The notes under the pieces: generated by a model
Databases searched by the model: none
What the model saw: only the letters and a program-made list of their open reading frames with translations
Told to the model about the DNA's origin: nothing
Shown here: in pieces, positions 42,182 to 49,850 of the stretch
How the letters are laid out: the number at the start of each line of letters is the position of its first letter
Numbering within the stretch: the first letter of the stretch is position 1
Made by a program: the position numbers and the translations under genes
Assembly: GCA_050173015.1 (NCBI GenBank)
Contig: JBFXLE010000006.1
Span: 128,001 to 192,000, forward strand
Direction of reading: 5' to 3'
Length of the DNA: 64,000 nucleotides
Source of the DNA: Calditrichaceae bacterium
Lineage (GTDB): Bacteria; Calditrichota; Calditrichia; Calditrichales; JBFXGD01

Positions 42182-43187
42182 GTCAGCAGGAGTATGTTTT
42201 ATTATCATCATGATCCTTATGATGTTAAACGGTTGTGATTATAAGATGTCAACAATGGGATATCCTCAGAGGATATTTGTTGTCGCGGATTCTCTTTTGT
42301 GGGAGGATGTTCAGGATGATGTACTGGAAACTTTTGAGTCAATTTTATATACCCCTCACGTTGAGCAAAGTTTTTTTCTTGAATGGATTCCGCTCAGCCG
42401 TTTAAATGAATATAAGACAAGAATGAATGTGTTTTTGATCGGTGTCGATAATGAAAAAAATCCGACTAACGATTACATCAGTAAAATTCTTCCTGAAAAT
42501 TTTAAACAGGATGTCCGGGAAAACAAGTATTTCTATTTTTTTAAAGATGATTTGTTCGCGCGGGACCAGATTAGTTTAATCATGTACGCAAAAGACCGGT
42601 CAGCGTTAAAAAATAATTTCGCGGCTCGAAAAAATGAAATATTTGATACGTTTAATCAGAAATATTTCGACCGGTTAAAGGCCGGCATGTACGAAAAAGG
42701 GGAACAGGTAAAGATAGAAAAACATCTCTCAGAAGAATTTGGCTGGATGGTTAAAGTACAGCATGATTATTTTGTGGCGACCGAAGATATATCCGAAAAA
42801 TATGTATGGCTGCGACGCAAAGATCCTGACCGCTGGCTTTCTGTCTGGCGGGTACGCGGAGACAGCACGTTGATCAACAGAGATTCTATGATCAAGCTTC
42901 GCGACCGAATGACCCTGAAATTTTATGAAGGCGATCACGCTATCGAAGAAGATACCTATATAACGGAGACAAATTTTAACGGTCAGCGGACAAAAAAGCT
43001 GGTGGGACTTTGGAAGAATGATTCGTTATTGGTCGGCGGACCATTTCGAACTTATGCTGTGCACAGCGCGATAGATTCATCACTTTATATGATAGATATC
43101 GCCGTGATGGCTCCCGGCAAAAATAAAAAACCATTTCTGGACCAGTTGGAAGTTATGGCGAATACCTTTAAAATTGTAGGTAAATAG
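42159..43187 (+). CDS. DUF4837-like lipoprotein
   Basis: Lipobox LNG-C; D..A..Q, GLW....GGPF and APGK.K...L..LE patterns. Confidence 0.7.
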   Translation: MKSNRPYKSAGVCFIIIMILMMLNGCDYKMSTMGYPQRIFVVADSLLWEDVQDDVLETFESILYTPHVEQSFFLEWIPLSRLNEYKTRMNVFLIGVDNEKNPTNDYISKILPENFKQDVRENKYFYFFKDDLFARDQISLIMYAKDRSALKNNFAARKNEIFDTFNQKYFDRLKAGMYEKGEQVKIEKHLSEEFGWMVKVQHDYFVATEDISEKYVWLRRKDPDRWLSVWRVRGDSTLINRDSMIKLRDRMTLKFYEGDHAIEEDTYITETNFNGQRTKKLVGLWKNDSLLVGGPFRTYAVHSAIDSSLYMIDIAVMAPGKNKKPFLDQLEVMANTFKIVGK

Positions 43188-43202
43188 AACCTGGGTGAGT
43201 CG

Positions 43203-43679
43203 TTGTACCCGACAAATGCAATCGTCGTCGGATTTATCGCGATGATTGTTTTGATATACTGGTTTTATGGATGGAGAAAGAAGCATTTAAAAGGGAAACT
43301 GGCCGAAAATCTCAAAAAAATTGACTATTTTAATGCAAAAGAATATTATCGGTCATACCTGAATTCGATTATTCAGCAAATCGGAGCCGGTGAAATGTTA
43401 TGGGTTGAAATATTCCCTTCAAATGAACCCGCGAATCGTCTTTTACTAAACAAATTACCCGGATCCGAGTCGCTGTCCCTGACATTTCAGTTATCAGACT
43501 GGGATTTAAATGACACTAACAGAGTTATGGCGCTTGGTGCCGAATCGGTTTTACAAAAGATGTCCGGGGTTATGATACAGATTCCCCACAACTCAAAAAT
43601 AACAACTGACATTATCTACTATGTATTTGAGAAACCGATGGATATGGTCCGTGTTTACCATCTTAAATTTAAATTTTAA
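43203..43679 (+). CDS. hypothetical protein with N-terminal membrane anchor
   Basis: 158-aa ORF filling the gap within the operon, one TM segment, no family recognised. Confidence 0.55.
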   Translation: MYPTNAIVVGFIAMIVLIYWFYGWRKKHLKGKLAENLKKIDYFNAKEYYRSYLNSIIQQIGAGEMLWVEIFPSNEPANRLLLNKLPGSESLSLTFQLSDWDLNDTNRVMALGAESVLQKMSGVMIQIPHNSKITTDIIYYVFEKPMDMVRVYHLKFKF

Positions 43680-43688
43680 GGAGAAAAA

Positions 43689-44150
43689 ATGCCAAAGTTA
43701 GCCATACTTTTGGGCAGTAAGTCGGATAAATCGTATGCGGAATCAGCTGAAATATATTTAAAATATTTTGGGATTGAATATGAGATAAACATCATGTCGG
43801 CACACAGAAATCCGGCCCTGGTTACAGAGTTTGCGACAAATGCGCGTGAGAAAGGATACAGCGCAATCATTGCCGGAGCAGGAATGGCGGCGCATCTTGC
43901 CGGCGTGGTTGCCGCGCATACTGATCTGCCTGTGCTTGGCGTACCGCTTCCGGGTGGAGTAATGGATGGCTTAGACGCCTTACTGTCAACTGTTCAAATG
44001 CCTGCAGGGGTGCCGGTGGCCACTTTTGCGGTTGGAAAAGCCGGTATGAGAAATGCCGTTGTTTTTGCGGCGCAGATATTTGCATTGTCAGAACCGGGTA
44101 TCCTGGAGTCACTCAAAGAATTCAGGGAAAAGGGCAGCAGACTGGATTAA
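43689..44150 (+). CDS. purE: N5-carboxyaminoimidazole ribonucleotide mutase
   Basis: GSKSD, SAHR.P, AGMAAHL and STVQMP.GVPV motifs. Confidence 0.96.
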   Translation: MPKLAILLGSKSDKSYAESAEIYLKYFGIEYEINIMSAHRNPALVTEFATNAREKGYSAIIAGAGMAAHLAGVVAAHTDLPVLGVPLPGGVMDGLDALLSTVQMPAGVPVATFAVGKAGMRNAVVFAAQIFALSEPGILESLKEFREKGSRLD

Positions 44151-44207
44151 TTCATTCAAAAAAAAGTCAGGTTGAACTTTGATGTTGAATAATGTATTTT
44201 AGATTCC

Positions 44208-45113
44208 ATGAAAATTATGCTGATTGGTACAGTCATATCTGATCGAATCCGGAATTATGATGGTACGCGGTCAGAAAGTCTTGGGGGATTGCTCTTTTCG
44301 ATAAACGCTTTCTCCGCGCTGATGGGGGAAACGGATCAATTGATTCCGGTTTGCCGGGTTGGATCTGATATCTACGAGTCGGTTTTTGAGAGTCTGAAGA
44401 GAGATAAACGAATTATCACAGACCGAATAATTCGGTGTGACGGTAAAAATAATTTAGTTGACATAACTTACACAAGTCCTTCTGAGAGGATTGAGCGGTC
44501 TTTGTATCCAATGGTGCCACTAAAATTTGAAGATCTCGGTCCCGTTTCAGATTTGGATGCCGTTTGTATCAATATGATCTCGGGTTGGGATATAGAACCG
44601 ACAGCGATAGCCGGGTTGAGAAAAAAATATAGCGGAATCATTTATTTGGATTTGCACAGCGTCGCCCTTGGCCGCAACAATGATGGAAGAAGATATTATA
44701 AACCGGTTGAAGATATCCAGGAATGGATGAATAACTGCGATATTTTGCAGATGAATGAGCGCGAATTTGATATGATTCGGGGCAATCATGATTCGGTAAA
44801 TGATTTATTTATGGAATATTGCTTTTATAAGTCAAAAATAATTAATTTAACTTTAGGCGCGGAAGGGAGTCATTCGATTTTTAGGGAAGGCAAAAATCTG
44901 AAAAATATCCTTAGCCGTCCGCCTGAAGATATAAATGTGATCGATCCGACGGGCTGCGGAGACGCGTACGCGGCGGGATTTTTATCAGCATATTTGAAAA
45001 ATAAAAATATTATGGACGCGGCTAACACGGCGAATAAAATTGCAGCGGTCAGCGGCGCCAGAAGAGGTTTGCCGGAAACCGATTTTCTAAAAAAGGAATT
45101 TAACCGATTATAA
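44208..45113 (+). CDS. PfkB family carbohydrate kinase
   Basis: N..E, TLGAEG and DPTGCGDAYAAGF motifs. Confidence 0.88.
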   Translation: MKIMLIGTVISDRIRNYDGTRSESLGGLLFSINAFSALMGETDQLIPVCRVGSDIYESVFESLKRDKRIITDRIIRCDGKNNLVDITYTSPSERIERSLYPMVPLKFEDLGPVSDLDAVCINMISGWDIEPTAIAGLRKKYSGIIYLDLHSVALGRNNDGRRYYKPVEDIQEWMNNCDILQMNEREFDMIRGNHDSVNDLFMEYCFYKSKIINLTLGAEGSHSIFREGKNLKNILSRPPEDINVIDPTGCGDAYAAGFLSAYLKNKNIMDAANTANKIAAVSGARRGLPETDFLKKEFNRL

Positions 45114-46036
45114 TGACAGGAAGTTTGATGAAAAGAGTATTGGTGACCGGATCGAATGGTTTGCTTGGACAGAGTCTGTTAAAGACTTTCAGTAAGAACT
45201 ATGAGGTTTTTGGAGCTTCAAAAGGAAGCGCCGAGCATGGTTCCCGTTCGGATGTTTCGTATCACGAAGTTGATCTTACGCATCGTGGGCAGACGAACAG
45301 TTTGATTGAAGAAATCAAACCGGATGTAATTATTAACGCGGGGGCTTTTACCGCGGTCGATGCCTGCGAGGCAGAAAGAGAACTTTGCTGGAATTCAAAT
45401 GTAAAAGCGGTTGAAAATATTATCGAAGGATCTGCCCGATTGAATCCCATACTGGTGCAGATCTCAACGGATTATGTGTTTGACGGAACAAATGGCCCAT
45501 ATAAAGAGAGTGATGTTCCGAATCCAAGAGGGGTTTACGCAAGAAGCAAGTACGCGGCTGAAAACATAATAAAATCCGGTTCTCTGGAATATATGATCGT
45601 TCGTACTCAGGTGCTGTACGGTGTCGATAATCGCGGAAGACATAATTTTGTGTCATGGGTGATTGATCAGCTAACCCGGGGAAAAGAAATAAGGGTGGTT
45701 GGTGATCAGATTGGTAATCCTACCATTACAGATGATGTCAGTGAGGGGATCGCGAGGCTTCTGAAAGGGAATGACTACGGGATTTTTCATATTTCCGGAT
45801 CTGAGATTGTAAGCCGATACCAGTTTGCGCTGAAGATCGCGGAAATATTTGAACTTGATAATTCACTCATTAAAAAGATATCAACGGAAGAGCTGCAACA
45901 ACATGCTCCTCGCCCGATGAATTCTTCTTTTATTCTGGACAAGCTGGTCAATAGGACCGGTTGGGAACCGCATGATGTCAAATCCGGATTGATGCTCTAT
46001 AAAACAAAAATTGAAGAAGAACATGGTAGATCCTAA
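45113..46036 (+). CDS. rfbD: dTDP-4-dehydrorhamnose reductase
   Basis: VTGSNGLLG, TAVDACE, ISTDYVFDG, YARSK and DQIGNPT motifs. Confidence 0.85.
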   Translation: MTGSLMKRVLVTGSNGLLGQSLLKTFSKNYEVFGASKGSAEHGSRSDVSYHEVDLTHRGQTNSLIEEIKPDVIINAGAFTAVDACEAERELCWNSNVKAVENIIEGSARLNPILVQISTDYVFDGTNGPYKESDVPNPRGVYARSKYAAENIIKSGSLEYMIVRTQVLYGVDNRGRHNFVSWVIDQLTRGKEIRVVGDQIGNPTITDDVSEGIARLLKGNDYGIFHISGSEIVSRYQFALKIAEIFELDNSLIKKISTEELQQHAPRPMNSSFILDKLVNRTGWEPHDVKSGLMLYKTKIEEEHGRS

Positions 46037-46748
46037 AAAAGCGCTGATAATTGTTCCAACATATAATGAAATAGAAAATGTCGAATCACTGGTAAAGGCG
46101 ATTTATAATTCACAACCCGGCATAAATATTTTATTCGTGGATGATAATTCTCCGGATGGCACGGCGGATTTAATAAAAAAACTGCAGAAAGAACGGAATA
46201 CAATATTTATACTTGAGCGACCCGGGAAATTGGGTCTGGGGAGCGCGTACACCGCGGGATTTAAATACGCGCTTGAGAACGGCTATGAATATATTTTTGA
46301 AATGGATGCGGATTTTTCTCATGATCCTAAAGAAATACCGCGTTTTTTGGAGCAGATTGAGAACTATGATCTCGTTTTAGGTTCACGGTATATTAAGGGT
46401 GTCAATGTGGTAAACTGGCCGTTGAGCAGATTGCTTTTGAGCTATTTTGCAAATATTTATACACGATTCTCAACCGGTCTTCCGGTACGTGATTCCACCG
46501 GCGGATTTAAATGTTTTCGCAGGGAAGTACTGAGTTCAATAGGTCTGGACGAAATTAAATCCAATGGCTATGCGTTTCAGATTGAGCTAAATTTTAAAAC
46601 CTGGAAGAAAGGTTTTAAGATTAAGGAAATACCTATTATTTTTGTGGATCGTGTGTACGGCCAGTCCAAACTGTCTTCAAAAATCATGTGGGAGGCCATG
46701 TTTTTGGTCTGGAAATTAAGATTCAGCAGTCTGATTGGAAAACTTTAA
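46023..46748 (+). CDS. polyprenol monophosphomannose synthase (DPM1/Ppm1-like GT2)
   Basis: [40 protein letters not shown] and F.DR..G.SK motifs. Confidence 0.9.
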   Translation: MVDPKKALIIVPTYNEIENVESLVKAIYNSQPGINILFVDDNSPDGTADLIKKLQKERNTIFILERPGKLGLGSAYTAGFKYALENGYEYIFEMDADFSHDPKEIPRFLEQIENYDLVLGSRYIKGVNVVNWPLSRLLLSYFANIYTRFSTGLPVRDSTGGFKCFRREVLSSIGLDEIKSNGYAFQIELNFKTWKKGFKIKEIPIIFVDRVYGQSKLSSKIMWEAMFLVWKLRFSSLIGKL

Positions 46749-46756
46749 AGGAAGAT

Positions 46757-47725
46757 ATGGCACTAAGCGCGTTAAAATTTGTTCTGGAATTTGAAAAACC
46801 GGTTGTCGAGTTGGAGAGGAAGATTCAGGAGATGCGTGAATACGCGGCTTCAACCGGAATTGAATTAACAGATGATATAAAAAGACTGGAAAAAAAAGCC
46901 AAACAACTGCGCAAGGAAATATATGCAAATCTGACCCGCTGGCAAAGAGTGCAGCTGGCGAGACATCCAATGCGTCCTTTTACGCTGGATTATCTTGAAA
47001 GATTAAGCACTTATTTTGATGAATTGCACGGTGACCGTTTTTTTGCTGATGATACCGCGATTGTTTCCGGTTTCGCGAAAATTGATGATTTTTCTGTTGT
47101 AATCGTGGGACATCAAAAGGGGCGTGACACTAAATCCAATTTATACCGAAATTTTGGTATGCCAAATCCCGAGGGGTATCGTAAAGCAATGAGGATAATG
47201 AATCTCGGGGCTAAGTTTAATAAACCGATTATTACTTTTATTGATACACCGGGCGCGTTCCCGGGAATTGGAGCTGAAGAAAGAGGCCAGGCTGAGGCCA
47301 TTGCTCATAATCTGTTCCAGATGTCGCATTTGCCGGTTCCGATCATTAATGTGATTATTGGGGAAGGCGCGTCCGGAGGAGCGTTGGGAATTGGTGTAGG
47401 AGATCGTATCCTGATGATGGAGAATTCCTGGTACTCGGTAATTAGCCCGGAAGGATGTGCCGCGATTCTTTGGCGTGACTCGGCGAAAGCTCCGGAAGCA
47501 GCAGAGGCGATGAAGGTGACCGCTCCTGACCTTTTGTCTTTAAATATTATTGATGAAATAGTAAAGGAACCCGAAGGCGGAGCCCATCGTGACCATGATA
47601 TGGCAGCGTCTTTATTAAAGAAGTCGATCACTAAACATCTCAGTGAACTCATGAAAATACCGGCGGATACACTGATAGAACAGCGGATTGAAAAATTCGC
47701 CAAAATGGGAGCCTGGAAGGAATGA
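46757..47725 (+). CDS. accA: acetyl-CoA carboxylase carboxyltransferase alpha subunit
   Basis: LEFEKP, ARHP.RP, ELHGDR, PEGYRKA, AEERGQ and [14 protein letters not shown] motifs. Confidence 0.97.
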   Translation: MALSALKFVLEFEKPVVELERKIQEMREYAASTGIELTDDIKRLEKKAKQLRKEIYANLTRWQRVQLARHPMRPFTLDYLERLSTYFDELHGDRFFADDTAIVSGFAKIDDFSVVIVGHQKGRDTKSNLYRNFGMPNPEGYRKAMRIMNLGAKFNKPIITFIDTPGAFPGIGAEERGQAEAIAHNLFQMSHLPVPIINVIIGEGASGGALGIGVGDRILMMENSWYSVISPEGCAAILWRDSAKAPEAAEAMKVTAPDLLSLNIIDEIVKEPEGGAHRDHDMAASLLKKSITKHLSELMKIPADTLIEQRIEKFAKMGAWKE

Positions 47726-48129
47726 TCGAGCATAGCAGTCAGTTACGTGTCCGTTATGCTGAGACCGATCAGATGAAATTCGTGCATCACTCAAATTATA
47801 TTGTTTGGTTTGAGTTTGGTCGAACCGAATTGCTAAAAGCATACGGGTTTTCTTATGCCGGGCTTGAAAAAGACGGATATCTGATGCCGGTGCTTGAAGT
47901 GAACGCGAGATACCTGAAACCCGCAAAATATGATGATCTGATTACCATAAAAACAACGATACCCTTTGTACCAAAAGCCAGAATTGGCTTTGAATATCAG
48001 GTTTTTAATGAAGGAAATCAGCTTTTATGCGAGGGTTCATCCCTTCATAGCTTTATGAATAATGGTGAGCGGGCGATTAAACCGCCAAAAAATTTCTTGA
48101 TAAAAATGAAAAATTATTTTGAGGGATGA
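47722..48129 (+). CDS. acyl-CoA thioesterase (YbgC/FadM family)
   Basis: [21 protein letters not shown] and Y..PAKYDD motifs. Confidence 0.9.
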   Translation: MIEHSSQLRVRYAETDQMKFVHHSNYIVWFEFGRTELLKAYGFSYAGLEKDGYLMPVLEVNARYLKPAKYDDLITIKTTIPFVPKARIGFEYQVFNEGNQLLCEGSSLHSFMNNGERAIKPPKNFLIKMKNYFEG

Positions 48130-48132
48130 AAA

Positions 48133-48297
48133 ATGCTGGATAAGGAGTTACTGGATATTTTGGCCTGCCCTAAATGTAAGGGGGATCTGGAATATAAACC
48201 GGATGAAAAACAGTTGATTTGTAATGAATGTCGTTTAATTTACAGAATTGAAGATGATATTCCGATCATGCTGATTGATGAAGCTGAAAAATTTTAA
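48133..48297 (+). CDS. Trm112 family protein (54 aa, below the ORF-track cutoff)
   Basis: Own translation: MLDKELLDILACPKCKGDLEY...LICNECRLIYRIEDDIPIMLIDEAEKF*. Confidence 0.9.
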   Translation: MLDKELLDILACPKCKGDLEYKPDEKQLICNECRLIYRIEDDIPIMLIDEAEKF

Positions 48298-48380
48298 AAT
48301 TAGTGAATAAGTTGTTTTTTTGTTCATTTTTCATTTTTTCGGCCGAATAACAGAGATAACCCTGATTTGCCAAAATTGCC

Positions 48381-48409
48381 TTGACAATCTAAGGCTTCAG
48401 GATTAAATT
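48381..48409 (+). promoter_or_regulatory. sigma70 promoter upstream of the porV leader
   Basis: TTGACA (48381-48386), 17 nt, TAAATT (48404-48409). Confidence 0.7.
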
Positions 48410-48415
48410 TGAATA

Positions 48416-48601
48416 AATTCTTAAGAGAATGCGGAGAAGCGCCTATAAGCGGTTTGTTAAAGGAAATTTGTAATAGTAAGATTTTGATCCAGAAATACAT
48501 GGATACATCTGCCTATACCTTTAACAAGTTGCTTATTTTTTATTTCAAGCCGGTTAAATGGAATCTTTCAGGTAGATTGGCCATTTAACCGGTTTTTTTT
48601 T
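48416..48601 (+). promoter_or_regulatory. structured 5' leader / candidate attenuator or sRNA
   Basis: 19-bp helix 48445-48463/48518-48536, terminator hairpin 48547-48601, and uORF 48429-48473. Confidence 0.5.
48547..48601 (+). terminator. intrinsic terminator ending at the porV Shine-Dalgarno
   Basis: AAGCCGGTTAAATGG...CCATTTAACCGG + T9, immediately followed by GGAGGAG. Confidence 0.7.
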
Positions 48602-48614
48602 GGAGGAGAACAAG

Positions 48615-49706
48615 ATGAGAAAAGTTATAATCCTATCCCTGATGTTTTTGGGACTATTATCAACCAGTGATATTGCATTCGCTCAGGGGGAAGCCGCGGT
48701 TCCATTTCTCATGATCAACCCCGGCGCGCGTAGTGGCGGACTTGGTGAAGCAGGCGTCGCGCTCGCGGAGGATGCGACAGCAGTTTACTGGAATCCGGCG
48801 GGTCTCGCGTTCCAGTATGATAATCCCGAAGTGGATTCACGCGGTGAGATATCTCTGATGCACGCGAAATGGCTCCCGCAGTTCAATTTTTCCGATCTGT
48901 TTTATGATTATCTTGCCTGGCGGTATTATATAGAAGATATCGGGATGATAGGCGGGAGTATCACATTTCTGAATTTGGGAGAAAATGTCTGGACGGATGA
49001 AAACAATAATGAACTTGGTACTTTTGATTCTTATGAATACGCGGTGACGCTTTCCTATGCGACCAAGTTAAAATCTAATCTTGGGATTGGCGTGAACGCA
49101 AAGATTATACAGAGTAATCTGTCTGATGTCGAAGTCGGCTCGGAGAATAAGGATGGAAAAGCCACCGCATTTGCAGTTGATCTGGGTGTATTATGGACGC
49201 CGGGTTACGCTATATTTGATAACCGCTTAAGGCTTGGAGCAAACTTGTCAAATTTTGGACCAAAAGTAACATATATTGACAAAGACCAGGCCGATCCTCT
49301 CCCGACCAATTTACGTTTAGGTTTGGCTTATAAAATATATGATGATGAATTTAACAAAATCAATTTTGTTTATGACCTTAACCGGTTGCTTGTCGTGAAG
49401 CACAAAGACGGCACATCCGACAACGTATTTGAAGCGACTTTTTATTCGAGCTGGGTTGAAGGTGATTTGAGCGACCGGTTGAAAAGATTTACCCACTCAT
49501 TGGGGTTGGAATACTGGTACGGCAATCTGATCGCTCTAAGGGCGGGGTATTTTTACGAAGATCCGAATTACGGTGATCGAAATTATCTCACCTTTGGCGG
49601 GGGCTTGCAATATAATATTTTTGGAATCGATTTTAGTTATGTGTCTGCCGGAGAAGAAGATCCGCTTTCCGATACCATGCGATTTTCTCTCGCGGTTCAA
49701 TTCTAA
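48615..49706 (+). CDS. porV: type IX secretion system outer-membrane shuttle PorV homologue
   Basis: AVPFL.I.P.AR..G.G, WNPAGL, WLP, SNFGPK, LPTNLRLG, RAGYFYE..YG.R.Y.T.G.G and PL.DT.RFSL, all matching PorV hallmarks. Confidence 0.82.
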   Translation: MRKVIILSLMFLGLLSTSDIAFAQGEAAVPFLMINPGARSGGLGEAGVALAEDATAVYWNPAGLAFQYDNPEVDSRGEISLMHAKWLPQFNFSDLFYDYLAWRYYIEDIGMIGGSITFLNLGENVWTDENNNELGTFDSYEYAVTLSYATKLKSNLGIGVNAKIIQSNLSDVEVGSENKDGKATAFAVDLGVLWTPGYAIFDNRLRLGANLSNFGPKVTYIDKDQADPLPTNLRLGLAYKIYDDEFNKINFVYDLNRLLVVKHKDGTSDNVFEATFYSSWVEGDLSDRLKRFTHSLGLEYWYGNLIALRAGYFYEDPNYGDRNYLTFGGGLQYNIFGIDFSYVSAGEEDPLSDTMRFSLAVQF

Positions 49707-49720
49707 TAATAAATTAAAGC

Positions 49721-49750
49721 GGGAAATCAGTTGATTTCCCATTGTCTTTT
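49721..49750 (+). terminator. hairpin after porV (possible terminator or processing site)
   Basis: GGGAAATC-AGTT-GATTTCCC followed by a weak T tract. Confidence 0.45.
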
Positions 49751-49850
49751 TCGGGACTGTCCCAATTACTGATAACTTGCCGGATATTAATGGTATTTGG
49801 AGGCTCTAAATGTCCTGACATAATCTTATCTGAAATTGAGTGACCTGAAA

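Noticed and set aside
48416..48601. 6S RNA or a known c-di-GMP/c-di-AMP riboswitch as the identity of the porV leader
   Set aside because: It folds as two separate hairpins rather than one long rod with a central bubble, and I see no consensus motifs of those aptamers. An Rfam search is still needed.
49753..49763. GGGACTGTCCC mini-palindrome
   Set aside because: Only one copy noticed in the window, so a repeat family cannot be supported.
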